A stretch of DNA of 64,000 bases from Nitrospinaceae bacterium (GCA_965237905.1 OZ250172.1:2784001-2848000); one strand, 5' to 3'. Positions 35,613-45,471 are shown, numbered from the stretch's first letter. The notes: a model not told the origin generated them from the letters alone. Numbers and translations: made by a program.

Positions 35613-36620
35613 TTAAGCTATTCCTGAACGCAACAGGTCGTGGAGGTGGATCATGCCGTCGATCTGTTTGCCGTCGTCGGACACGGCGATACAGGTGATG
35701 GAATACTCCTCCATAATCTGTAAAGCCTTGGTGGCCATATCGTCCTTCTGCACCGTCTTGGGATTGGCGGACATCAGATCGGTCGCTTTGATCGTGCCGA
35801 TGTCGCGCTTCGATTCCATCAACCGGCGCAGGTCGCCGTCGGTGATGACGCCCTTCATCTGCCCCTTGCCATTCACCACCAGCGTGGTACCCAGCCGCTT
35901 GCGGCTCATTTCCGTCAGCACCGCGTAGATATCGGCCGATTCCGGCACCGTGGGAATGGTGTCGCCGGCGTGCATCACATCGGCCACCGTGACCAGCAGT
36001 TTGCGTCCCAGGCTCCCGCCGGGGTGGTTGAGGGCGAAATCGTCCTCCTTGAAGCCGCGTTTTTCGAGTAACCCCATGGCCAGCGTATCGCCCATCGCCA
36101 TCGTCGCCGTGGTGCTGGCGGTGGGGACCAGGTTCAGCGCGCACGCCTCTTCCTTGACAGCGATGTTCAGCACATAATGCGCGCGCTTGGCGAGGGTGGA
36201 GTCCGGGTTGCCCGTCATCGCCACCAGCGTGCATTTGCGGCGGTTGATGACCGGCAGAAGCCGCACCATTTCCTCCGTCTCGCCGCTGTTGGAGATGGCG
36301 AGGATGATATCCTCCTTGCCGATAATGCCGAGGTCGCCGTGGCTGGCCTCCGCCGCATGGACGAACACCGCCGACAGGCCGATGCTGGAGAAAGTCGCGG
36401 CGATTTTCTGTCCGACGAGGCCCGACTTGCCGATGCCCAGCACCACCAGGTGGCCGGGGCAGTCGTCCAGCAGGGACACCACATCGACAAAGGTCGAGTC
36501 GATGCGGTCCATCAGGTCGGCGACCGATTCGCTTTCGATGCGCAACACGCGCTTGCCCGCCGCGATGATTTTCTGTTGCAGTTCCGGCGCCACCGGCGAG
36601 GATTTCTTCAAGGGTTGCAT
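35613..36620 (-). CDS. kdsD: Arabinose-5-phosphate isomerase (KpsF/GutQ)
   Basis: GIGKSG, EASHGDLG, SNSGET, PTAST, HPGGSLG plus CBS pair. Confidence 0.95.
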   Translation of the reverse strand: MQPLKKSSPVAPELQQKIIAAGKRVLRIESESVADLMDRIDSTFVDVVSLLDDCPGHLVVLGIGKSGLVGQKIAATFSSIGLSAVFVHAAEASHGDLGIIGKEDIILAISNSGETEEMVRLLPVINRRKCTLVAMTGNPDSTLAKRAHYVLNIAVKEEACALNLVPTASTTATMAMGDTLAMGLLEKRGFKEDDFALNHPGGSLGRKLLVTVADVMHAGDTIPTVPESADIYAVLTEMSRKRLGTTLVVNGKGQMKGVITDGDLRRLMESKRDIGTIKATDLMSANPKTVQKDDMATKALQIMEEYSITCIAVSDDGKQIDGMIHLHDLLRSGIA

Positions 36621-36689
36621 TTTTGCGGGAGGCCTTTGTTTCTAAACGGTTAAATCGTGCCTACGTTTTAAAAAGATTACCATACTTGC

Positions 36690-36833
36690 CCCCCGTTTGT
36701 CACCCTGAGCCTGTCGAAGGGCGACAAACGGGGGATTTGGGTCACCCTGAGCCGATTAGCCTGTCCTAAGCTTGCCGAAGGAAAGGGAGACAAGAATGAA
36801 TTAACCACAGATAAACACAGATGGGCGCAGATA
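36690..36833. repeat. Cluster of nested micro-repeats (CCCTGAGC..GTCGAAGG family and AACCACAGAT/AACACAGAT decamers)
   Basis: Hairpin 36690-36734, nested copy 36741-36787, decamer array 36801-36833. Confidence 0.75.
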
Positions 36834-36932
36834 ATTGGATGGTCTCCCCATACCGAATCCGGTAAACTTTCAGAGTATTAGGAATGAAAGTCTCACTTTT
36901 TGGGGTGGATTAAAAGTATCATTTAGGTGTTA

Positions 36933-36962
36933 AGTGTTCGCTATCGACCCAAAGCGGACGTT
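36933..36962. repeat. Cassette-boundary palindrome A
   Basis: AGTGTTCGCTATCGACCCAAAGCGGACGTT. Confidence 0.65.
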
Positions 36963-37025
36963 GGTGGGTTGCGAGGAATTGAAAGATATGCAGAATAGTT
37001 CCCTAATAAATTATGTGGCCAAGAC

Positions 37026-37427
37026 ATGAAAAGGAATATGAAAGTAGGTGATAAAGCTTCTTTGAGTAAGGTATTTACTGAGGAGATGGTTATCCAATAT
37101 TCTAAAATTTCAACGGATACCAACCCTATTCACTTGGACGAGAGCTATGCTTCGTCTACTATTTTTGGAAAGCGAATCGTGCATGGAATGTTGGTTGCCA
37201 GTATGTTCTCTGCGCTTATCGGGGTTGAGCTTCCTGGAAAGGGTTCCATATATTTAGGACAAAGTTTGAGTTTTAAAGCACCCGTTTCAATCGGGGATCA
37301 AGTAACGGCGTCAGTCGAAATAGTTGGAATCCGGGATGACAAGCCAATCATCACATTGCGTACTATTTGCATTAACAATGAAAGACAGGTGTTAATCGAG
37401 GGTGAGGCTGTCGTAAAGTATATGTGA
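37026..37427 (+). CDS. MaoC/PhaJ-family (R)-specific enoyl-CoA hydratase
   Basis: S.DTNPIHLD, FGKRIVHGML, LPGKGSIY, FKAPV.IGD. Confidence 0.92.
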   Translation: MKRNMKVGDKASLSKVFTEEMVIQYSKISTDTNPIHLDESYASSTIFGKRIVHGMLVASMFSALIGVELPGKGSIYLGQSLSFKAPVSIGDQVTASVEIVGIRDDKPIITLRTICINNERQVLIEGEAVVKYM

Positions 37428-37471
37428 AACGACCGCTTTTGGCCGACTGCTGACGACCCAAAGCGGGCATT
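37428..37471. repeat. Cassette-boundary palindrome B (composite)
   Basis: AACGACCGCTTTTGGCCGACTGCTGAC-GACCCAAAGCGGGCATT, starting immediately after the TGA of the MaoC gene. Confidence 0.65.
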
Positions 37472-37486
37472 CTGGAAGAAGATCTA

Positions 37487-38638
37487 ATGACTCTGATATC
37501 TCAGTTTAAATACAAAAACACCGATGCGATTTTTATGTTTGCAGATGGCTTGATTTCATCCGACGCACCTGAAGAAGGGAACTTCATAATGCCAGGTGTA
37601 GGTCGCGTAGGACGCCCACAAACAATACACAAACTATATCTGCACTCCATGGAACAAAAACTAAATGTTCTGGGAAAGGACTTGGCGTACTCATATGCAG
37701 GATCGTACGACTTGGGTGCAAGGTTTGGTAACGATCTACATACGCTGTACACAGATCCTGAATTCAACTTCGAGAAGCTAGTGGAGTTTTGTGACTCATG
37801 GAGCGAGGCTCTTACTGACGAAGAGAAACATGAGGTCGCGCTCTTATGTACTTATCACGATGACGATGAGTACAGGACGTGGAACTATGAAATGAAGAAT
37901 GCTGATGGGTATAAGCATTACTCTCTGCTTCGTATTGAAGGTTCAGGGATTAAAAACTTCCAAAAAGTTGTGGACGAAGATAGCAACGTTATCGAAAACG
38001 ACGATCATGCTTTTGGTCATGCAATGAATTTGGTTAACAAGTTCTATCACGACGACCTTTTTGTACAGAGCAACTACAATCAATCGTTTGGAGGGTTTTA
38101 CGAGCTAGCCACATGCTCCCAAGAGGGAATAGAGAAAGTTACGGATATATTTGTCTCTACAATTCACATCGACGCACGACGCTTAGCCGATGGCTTCGCT
38201 ATTCCTATCACTTTTCTCAAACAGGATCATATCGATAACGTGACTGTATTACGCGATCTAAAGAAGGTTAACGAGTCGTTACCTGATGGCACTGACATGA
38301 GGGCCAGTGGACATATCTATTTACCGACAATCGATGCGTTTAAAGAAAAAGCGGTAGAAACTGCGCAGAAGATATTAAGCGAGGGTCAGTTTTATAACTC
38401 AGAGTTAATTGGTGACCTTAAAGCTAAACATACGCTGATTATGTTGGAGTTAGTCGATGAAACTCACGTACTCAAAATACCTCTCTACTATCGTAGAGCT
38501 AACCGCAATACGCCCATGGCTGTTACCAACGTAGATGGAGAGATTAGTATCTTTCTAGAAACTGAACTCTTACAAACGATCGAACGTAATATAGACACTC
38601 ATATTGATAGGGAAAACAAGTGTCTTCGTGATGCTTAA
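37487..38638 (+). CDS. Hypothetical protein, possibly Ntn-hydrolase/proteasome-like fold
   Basis: 383-aa AT-rich ORF; MTLI start with ADGLIS, QK, YAG and GSG pattern is reminiscent of Thr-nucleophile folds (weak). Confidence 0.65.
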   Translation: MTLISQFKYKNTDAIFMFADGLISSDAPEEGNFIMPGVGRVGRPQTIHKLYLHSMEQKLNVLGKDLAYSYAGSYDLGARFGNDLHTLYTDPEFNFEKLVEFCDSWSEALTDEEKHEVALLCTYHDDDEYRTWNYEMKNADGYKHYSLLRIEGSGIKNFQKVVDEDSNVIENDDHAFGHAMNLVNKFYHDDLFVQSNYNQSFGGFYELATCSQEGIEKVTDIFVSTIHIDARRLADGFAIPITFLKQDHIDNVTVLRDLKKVNESLPDGTDMRASGHIYLPTIDAFKEKAVETAQKILSEGQFYNSELIGDLKAKHTLIMLELVDETHVLKIPLYYRRANRNTPMAVTNVDGEISIFLETELLQTIERNIDTHIDRENKCLRDA

Positions 38639-38696
38639 TAGATTGGGCACCAATTCTTCCAAAAAAGTGGAGGTACCTTTCCACCCACGAGGTACT

Positions 38697-38725
38697 AACG
38701 GCTGCTTCTGGCCGAAAGCTGCCCT
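38697..38725. repeat. Cassette-boundary palindrome C
   Basis: AACGGCTGCTTCTGGCCGAAAGCTGCCCT. Confidence 0.65.
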
Positions 38726-38807
38726 CAGTGGTGCGAAATCCCCAAATATCAATTCAGTACGAATTTGCCCTATTATGGTATAAATGTGATTTGCAGGAGG
38801 TAAGCCA

Positions 38808-39095
38808 ATGGGTATTAAAGAAGAGTATCAGAAGGAACTGCAGGAGCAGTTGGACGAGTGGGGCAAGGAGATCGACAAGCTCAAGGCCGTGGCCGGTAAG
38901 GCAAAGACCGGTTTACAAGGCGAGTATTACAAGGAGGTCGAGGACCTTCGATGCAAGCAGCTGGCGGCTCAGAAGAAACTGCATGAGCTCAAAGAAGCCA
39001 GCGGAGACGCCTGGGAAGACCTCAAGGAAGGTGTCGAAGGGGCGTGGGATTCTCTTAGCACGGGGGTGAAAAAGGCCGCTTCCCGTTTCAAGTAG
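38808..39095 (+). CDS. Small coiled-coil stress-type protein
   Basis: AGGAGG RBS; QLDEW..EID.LKA, ASGDAWEDLKEG...AW. Confidence 0.8.
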   Translation: MGIKEEYQKELQEQLDEWGKEIDKLKAVAGKAKTGLQGEYYKEVEDLRCKQLAAQKKLHELKEASGDAWEDLKEGVEGAWDSLSTGVKKAASRFK

Positions 39096-39219
39096 CCGGC
39101 CCTCTAGCGAGGGAGGCAGCTGGCTTACCGTTGACTGCAAGCGATGTATCTTGGGGCGCAATTGAAAGACAGGCCCGGGCGGAGTACCTCCGCTGGTTAC
39201 ATGAACTCCACAACCCAAA

Positions 39220-39415
39220 TTAACCACAGATGAACACAGATAAACACCGATGAACCCAAAGGTTGTTGCCTTGAACCAAAACCCCACCCCACCTATATCC
39301 TCCCCTCTGTAAGGGGAGGATCATTAAGCCCTTATCCGTGTCCATCTGTGTTCATCTGTGGTTAAACCCTTTGTGTTCCCTTCGACCTTGCTCAGGGCAG
39401 GCACCTGTGGTTAAA
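39220..39415. repeat. MITE-like inverted decamer arrays with nested micro-repeats
   Basis: TTAACCACAGATGAACACAGAT (39220-39255) inverted at 39333-39365; a second right end is interrupted by a 23-bp element at 39379-39401. Confidence 0.75.
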
Positions 39416-39426
39416 TCCTTCCTGTT

Positions 39427-42132
39427 ATGGCTAAGAAACCGACACTTTATCTGATTGACGGGTCGTCGTATATCTTCCGGGCGTTTTACGGCATCCGGCA
39501 GTTCCTGTCCAATTCCAAAGGGCTCCCCACCAACGCGCTGTACGGTTTCACCACCATGCTCTCCAAGGTGGTGCGCGACGAGCAACCGGACTACCTGGCC
39601 GTGGTGTTCGACTCCAAAGCCAAAACCTTCCGCCACGAGATGTATTCCGACTACAAGGCCAACCGCGACACCCCGCCGGAAGAACTCGCCGAACAGTTCC
39701 CCTATTTCGAACCGTTGGTGGAGGCGTTCAATATCGTCAGCCTGCGGCAGGACGGGTTCGAGGCCGACGACATCATCGGTACCCTCGCGAAGATGGGCGA
39801 GCAGGCGAAGATGGCAGTGACCATCGTTTCCGGCGACAAGGACATGATGCAGTTGATCTCCCCGCACGTCCACATGCTCGACACGATGAAGGACAAACGC
39901 TTCGAGAAAGCGGAGGTGATCGACAAGTTCGGCGTGCCGCCGGAGAAGGTGATCGAGGTGATGGGCCTGATGGGCGACTCCAGCGACCACATCCCCGGCG
40001 TGAAGGGGGTGGGACCGAAAACGGCGACGGAGCTGATCCAGAAATACGGCTCCATTGAAAAGCTGTATAAGAATATAGAAGACATCGACAAGCAGAAGCT
40101 GAAGGACAAACTGGAGACGGACAAGGAGAACGCCCTGCTCAGCCGCCAACTGGTGACCATCGATACCGAAATGAAACTCGACTGTAAAGTCGAAGACCTC
40201 AAGATGCGCGAACCCGACACCGACAAACTGCGCTCGATGTTTACTGAGCTTGGATTTAAGTCGCTCCTTGAAAATTTACCAGCGGGCGAGGGCACCGCCG
40301 GTGTGCCACCGGTATCAGATTTTTCCAAGATAGAGTCTAATTATCAAACCATATTAGATGAGCAATCGTTGGAGTCGTTATTAAAATTCCTTAAAAAATC
40401 TAAAAAATTCGCGCTCGACTTGGAAACGACGAGCAAGCATCCGACCCGCGCGGAGATGGTGGGCATCTCGTTTTCGTGGGCAGAGGGCGAGGCGTGCTAC
40501 ATCCCGGTGAGCCACCGTTACCTGGGCGTGCCGGAGCAGTTGGACAAGCAGAAGGTGATTGAAGCCCTAAAACCTCTTCTGCAAGATGGAAAACTTAAAA
40601 AGTTCGGACACAACATAAAGTACGATCTCATCGTGCTCGCCAACGAGGGTGTGGCGCTTAAGGGCGTCGCGTTCGATTCCATGCTGGCGTCGTATGTGCT
40701 GGACCCGTCGAAGCGGCAACACGGCCTCGACGATCTGGCAATGGAGTTGCTGGGGCATCAGAACATCACTTTTAAAGACGTGGCGGGGAAGGGGGCCAAG
40801 CAGATCGGCTTCGACGAGGTGGCCATCGACGTGGCGGCCGAGTACGCGGCGGAGGACAGCGACATCACCTTCCGTTTGACGCATGCGTTGCGGCCGCGCC
40901 TCAGGGACGAGACTTTAAAATTGTATGAAGAGCTGGAGTTGCCGCTGATCGATGTGCTGGCGGATATGGAGATGACCGGCGTGCGGGTTGACCGCGAGCA
41001 TCTCAAAAAAATGTCGAGTAAGTTGACCAAGGCCTTAAAGAAACATGAGGACGAAATTTATGCGATGGCGGGGGAGCCGTTCAATATCAACTCGCCGAAG
41101 CAGTTGGGAGTGATCCTGTTCGAGAAGATGGGATTGACGGCGAAGAAAAAAACCAAGACCGGGTTCTCGACCGACATGAGCGTGATGGAGGAGTTGGCGG
41201 ACGAGCACGAACTGCCGGCGATGATCGTTAACTTCCGCCAGTTGTCAAAATTGAAGTCGACTTACATTGACGCACTGCCGCTGGAGATCAATCAGAAGAC
41301 CGGGCGGGTTCATACGTCGTACAACCAGACGGTCGCCGCGACGGGACGGTTGAGCAGTAGCGATCCAAACTTGCAGAATATTCCGATCCGCTCCGACCTC
41401 GGCAAGGAAATCCGTCAGGCGTTTGTCGCGGATAAAGACGGCTGGTTGTTGTCGGCGGACTATTCGCAGATCGAGTTGCGTATTCTCGCGCATTTGTCGG
41501 GCGATCCGGCATTGATCCAGGCGTTCAAGAAGGGGGAGGACATTCACACACGCACGGCGGCGGAGATATTCGGTCAGCCGTTGGACGGGGTGGACGAGGA
41601 CGGGCGGCGCATGGCCAAGGCGGTGAACTTCGGCATCGTGTACGGGTTGAGTGCATTTGGATTATCGCGGCAGTTAAAGATAAGTCCGGGTGAGGCGAAG
41701 GCATTCATCGACCAGTATTTCGATCTGTACAAGAACGTGAAGACCTTCATGGAGAGCACCATCGAAGAAGCGCGGCAGTGCGGGTACACCATGACGATGA
41801 TGAACCGGCGGCGCTACCTGCCTGACCTGCACAGCAAGAACCGGCAGGTGCGGGAGTCGACGGAGCGGGTGGCGATCAATTCGCCGGTGCAGGGCAGTGC
41901 GGCGGACATGATCAAGCTGGCGATGATCCGTTTGCATCACAAGCTGGCGCAGTTGAAGCTGAAGTCGAAGATGATCATGCAGGTGCACGACGAGTTGGTG
42001 TTCGAGTGTCCGGCGAAAGAGAAGAAGGACGTCGAAGCGCTGGTCAAAAAAGAAATGGAAGGCGTGTGGCCGATGCAGGTTCCGGTGGTGGTGCATCTGA
42101 ACTGGGGCAAGAACTGGAACGAGGCGCATTAA
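39427..42132 (+). CDS. polA: DNA polymerase I
   Basis: LIDGSS, EADD, DLETT, TGRLSS, DYSQIELR, KAVNFG, QVHDEL. Confidence 0.99.
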   Translation: MAKKPTLYLIDGSSYIFRAFYGIRQFLSNSKGLPTNALYGFTTMLSKVVRDEQPDYLAVVFDSKAKTFRHEMYSDYKANRDTPPEELAEQFPYFEPLVEAFNIVSLRQDGFEADDIIGTLAKMGEQAKMAVTIVSGDKDMMQLISPHVHMLDTMKDKRFEKAEVIDKFGVPPEKVIEVMGLMGDSSDHIPGVKGVGPKTATELIQKYGSIEKLYKNIEDIDKQKLKDKLETDKENALLSRQLVTIDTEMKLDCKVEDLKMREPDTDKLRSMFTELGFKSLLENLPAGEGTAGVPPVSDFSKIESNYQTILDEQSLESLLKFLKKSKKFALDLETTSKHPTRAEMVGISFSWAEGEACYIPVSHRYLGVPEQLDKQKVIEALKPLLQDGKLKKFGHNIKYDLIVLANEGVALKGVAFDSMLASYVLDPSKRQHGLDDLAMELLGHQNITFKDVAGKGAKQIGFDEVAIDVAAEYAAEDSDITFRLTHALRPRLRDETLKLYEELELPLIDVLADMEMTGVRVDREHLKKMSSKLTKALKKHEDEIYAMAGEPFNINSPKQLGVILFEKMGLTAKKKTKTGFSTDMSVMEELADEHELPAMIVNFRQLSKLKSTYIDALPLEINQKTGRVHTSYNQTVAATGRLSSSDPNLQNIPIRSDLGKEIRQAFVADKDGWLLSADYSQIELRILAHLSGDPALIQAFKKGEDIHTRTAAEIFGQPLDGVDEDGRRMAKAVNFGIVYGLSAFGLSRQLKISPGEAKAFIDQYFDLYKNVKTFMESTIEEARQCGYTMTMMNRRRYLPDLHSKNRQVRESTERVAINSPVQGSAADMIKLAMIRLHHKLAQLKLKSKMIMQVHDELVFECPAKEKKDVEALVKKEMEGVWPMQVPVVVHLNWGKNWNEAH

Positions 42133-42289
42133 TCATTTTCATGTATGGTTTTTACTTCCCTAAAGCTCCATCCTTCAAGTATTTTAAATGAGTCTTTCCT
42201 CACGTGGTACCCGCATCTTTTTCTTTAGAGCCAATAGCCCTTTGCTATACTAATGAGGAAACCTTTTCGTTTCTTCTGAGGGTTAGTTC

Positions 42290-43009
42290 GTGAGCCAAAC
42301 ATCTGAACTTTTAAACCGCGCCATCGTTTACAAGCGTTCATCCATCCTTTGTGCCCTTCTTTGTATATATATTTTGATGCTTGCCGGTGGAACAGCGCGG
42401 GCGGAGGCAGAGGGGGGTAATTTTTTGAGCTTTGGTCTGGCGGGCGGTTCGGTGTTTGCTTCCGATGCTGAATTGGAATCCAGTCCACCCTTGGGCGACG
42501 CCGACTTCGAAGGCGGTTATTCCTTCAAAGCTTCTTTGGGAATTTTGCTGGAGAAGAAATTTCAATTGGAAGCCGAATACCTTTACACATTTAACCGCAT
42601 CGATTCGATCATCAATCCCCCGACCGTGACGGAGCTGGTTAACTCCGACCGGGTGACGCACAGCCTGATGTTGAATGCCACCTATCGGGTGGAGGTCCCA
42701 CCTCAGGGAGATACGTTTTGGGTGCGCCGGGGTTATTACGTTTATTTTGGAGGAGGCGTCGGGGTTTCCTGGCAGGATTATACTATTGAAACCCTTGCCA
42801 TCGAGGCAGACTCCAGCACCGCCTGGCAGATACTGATCGGATTTGAAAAGATGCATTCTTCCCCGTATTTGTTTGCCGCTTTTCCCTCGCCCTTTTTACA
42901 GTACCGGTTTCTTCACATCACGGAAGGAGATTTCGGAGCGTTCAAAACAGATGCTTCCCTTCATCTCATTGAGTTCGGTTTCCGTTTTTACGGCGGATTC
43001 GGTTCTTAA
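42290..43009 (+). CDS. Outer-membrane beta-barrel protein (OmpA/OmpW-like 8-stranded)
   Basis: Signal peptide (…ARA), EAEY, SLMLNATY, YFGGGVG, C-terminal GFRF. Confidence 0.7.
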   Translation: MSQTSELLNRAIVYKRSSILCALLCIYILMLAGGTARAEAEGGNFLSFGLAGGSVFASDAELESSPPLGDADFEGGYSFKASLGILLEKKFQLEAEYLYTFNRIDSIINPPTVTELVNSDRVTHSLMLNATYRVEVPPQGDTFWVRRGYYVYFGGGVGVSWQDYTIETLAIEADSSTAWQILIGFEKMHSSPYLFAAFPSPFLQYRFLHITEGDFGAFKTDASLHLIEFGFRFYGGFGS

Positions 43010-43262
43010 TCTTACCGTTCACTCTTAAGCAAGCCCGCATTGATACCGTTTTATTTCCGAACAACGCCCGATTTCATCTGTTGAGGGACGAGGTGGAAAA
43101 TCAACCTTTTTAAGGTAATTAGATTGTCTGCAGAGGGTAATTCTTCATCTAGGACGGCTAAAACCAAGAGAAAAGTATCCTCAATATTATTAAATTCCAT
43201 TACACTGTAAAGATATGGAATGCGCGTCATTCCATCTTTTTTAGGTGCGTTTGGAGAAGAGA

Positions 43263-44711
43263 ATGAAGAATAGTGCTATTTGGGTTTATGTCGTGGGAAT
43301 CCTTATGTTTATTTGGGGATTCTGTCAACTGGGGTATGCCTTTATGGGTTTCCATCTCCCCATCACGATTCCATATACAGAATGGGGAGCTTTGTTAGGT
43401 GAGAAAGAGTTGTTTGAAGATATGCAGTTGGGACTGGCCTTCAGCTGTATGTTGGCCGGAGTGGGTTTGTTGATTTTTAGAGCCTGGGCTCGAGTTTTTA
43501 CCATATGGATCATCTGGACTTTTGCCGGTTTTTTCTTTTACATCTTTCTCCTGGTCGGTCCCATGGAATTCGAGGTATTCTTCGTGCAGAAGTTTGCCAT
43601 ATTTTTCGCGCTGGCCCTCATACTGCTCTGGTTTTTCAACCAGGAGGAAACCCGGGAAACGTTGAATTCAGATCCACAGAAAAAGCGGAACCGGTTGATC
43701 CCCTTCTTTACCATGCTCCTGATATCGATAGGAATATTTGTTTTTGTCAATTTGCCCGCCCAGCTCCCTCTGGTTTTCACCGATGCCCGGTTTCCTGAAA
43801 TTGAAGAGGTGAGTTACTCCTTCCCAAGCAAACGGTATTATGAAACCAAATATAATCGTACGGAGTTTCCTTTGCCTTACACGGTCGCCGTTCCCAAAGG
43901 CACCCGGCTGATATCGTTGAATCAGGATTCCGGTTTTAAAAATGAGGGAAAATGTGAAGTCCGTTTAGATACTCCCGGCCAGGCTCAGACTCTTCTGTTA
44001 ACCCGTCAAACGCCGGTACAAGCTGAGTGGGGTTCTGAAAAAATCCAAAAATTTCTGAAAAGGATTTATCTCTTAACGCCTTACCATTATGCGAGAAAGA
44101 TTTTTTCCGACCGAAGAAGCATCATTTACTGGCGATCGCGTAACAAGATGGGTCAGTTGGGAGGCGATGAAATTCATGAAGTTCATATGGGTGGCATGAA
44201 TAACTTCGTGGTGAAGCTCAAAAAACCAGGTGAGATATTTGGAAAAAATATTCGCTGGAATTTTGATTTCAATCTTTACCTTAAAGACAAATCCGCCGGG
44301 GGGGGTAGGATATTCGTGTTTAAGGGGGGCGAGAAGACGGCTACGAATATCCTTGCTTCCTTGCAACCCCAATCAGCTCAATCCAAAACGGCATTCGATT
44401 TTCACCAGGAAGGGGAGAAGTTAGCCAAGAAAAAGAGATACGAAAAAGCCAAGATATCTTTTGCCTCCGCTCTATGCCTTGAGGAGGGGAACCCGGAGTA
44501 CCACTATTCCATGGGAAAGGTTTTTTACAAAACCCGAAACTATGAGCAGGCGGACCGGCATTTGACAAAGACGATGGAACTCGACAATGAGTTTTTCGGA
44601 GCCAAAGAATTGTTTGAAAAAACCAGAAAAAAGCTGAGGAAATCTACAGCTCAAGGAAAAAAGGGTCTGCGAGGATACCCGCAGACCCAATTTTATCTGG
44701 CAAGCCGTTAG
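43263..44711 (+). CDS. Membrane protein with C-terminal TPR repeats
   Basis: Five N-terminal TM segments; TPR-like YHYSMGKVFYKTRNYEQA. Confidence 0.7.
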   Translation: MKNSAIWVYVVGILMFIWGFCQLGYAFMGFHLPITIPYTEWGALLGEKELFEDMQLGLAFSCMLAGVGLLIFRAWARVFTIWIIWTFAGFFFYIFLLVGPMEFEVFFVQKFAIFFALALILLWFFNQEETRETLNSDPQKKRNRLIPFFTMLLISIGIFVFVNLPAQLPLVFTDARFPEIEEVSYSFPSKRYYETKYNRTEFPLPYTVAVPKGTRLISLNQDSGFKNEGKCEVRLDTPGQAQTLLLTRQTPVQAEWGSEKIQKFLKRIYLLTPYHYARKIFSDRRSIIYWRSRNKMGQLGGDEIHEVHMGGMNNFVVKLKKPGEIFGKNIRWNFDFNLYLKDKSAGGGRIFVFKGGEKTATNILASLQPQSAQSKTAFDFHQEGEKLAKKKRYEKAKISFASALCLEEGNPEYHYSMGKVFYKTRNYEQADRHLTKTMELDNEFFGAKELFEKTRKKLRKSTAQGKKGLRGYPQTQFYLASR

Positions 44712-44759
44712 GTTTTTTAATTCGCCCTGCCCATTGGCCCACCTGTCCTGACAACCAAT

Positions 44760-45182
44760 TTATCGTCGCCATTGGCGCCCAGAGCGACCCTGCCGATGGT
44801 GGTTTCCACGGCGTTGACCGTAGCCATCCCGTTTATAGCCTCGTTGATTGCCGTAGTAGTGACCCTTGTGATGACGACCTGATCTATGGTGGCCCCACTG
44901 CTTATGGTTATGGTGGCGATGCCCTGAGTAACCACCCCATCCCCGATAGGGACGGTTAGGATAATATCCGTAATAATACTGGTTAGGGTAATATCCAGAA
45001 TAATAGGGGTAAGGTCGATAGTTGTTATACGAGTAGGTCGATAAACCGGAGTAGCCATCGGAAACCGAAAACCCGAATCCGTTTCCACCCAAGTCTATCC
45101 GAAGCCCGGATTGAGCCCATGCGTTACTGCTGAACATTATTACGAATGCTATGCCGATGAGACCTACGGTTAATTTTTTCAT
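44760..45182 (-). CDS. Secreted low-complexity Tyr/Gly then His/Arg-rich protein
   Basis: AAGGAG RBS, signal peptide AWA, YY/PY-rich then GHH/GR-rich tail. Confidence 0.75.
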   Translation of the reverse strand: MKKLTVGLIGIAFVIMFSSNAWAQSGLRIDLGGNGFGFSVSDGYSGLSTYSYNNYRPYPYYSGYYPNQYYYGYYPNRPYRGWGGYSGHRHHNHKQWGHHRSGRHHKGHYYGNQRGYKRDGYGQRRGNHHRQGRSGRQWRR

Positions 45183-45471
45183 GGCCGTTTCTCCTTTAAG
45201 TTATTTGGATTTTCTTTCATCAGCCAAAATCAAACAGTTGTTGAACTACTGGTACCAATATAGTTACATTCATGTTTATAGTCAAATTTATTTGCAATAT
45301 TTTATATTAATTTTGTTTAATCTTTCAATTGATTTGTTTATAATGATTTATGAAGGCTCTATTAGGTGTCTTTTGACTTGGGATTTTATTTATACATAAA
45401 AGTGGAATTAATTTTGACCTTAAGCTTCTTGCCAGTGCAGGTACCGCAAGGGTTTTTTGAGGCAGGTGAAT

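Noticed and set aside
36690..39415. CRISPR array or classical integron
   Set aside because: No regularly spaced identical repeats with unique spacers, no cas or intI, and the sites lack attC length and R-box ends.
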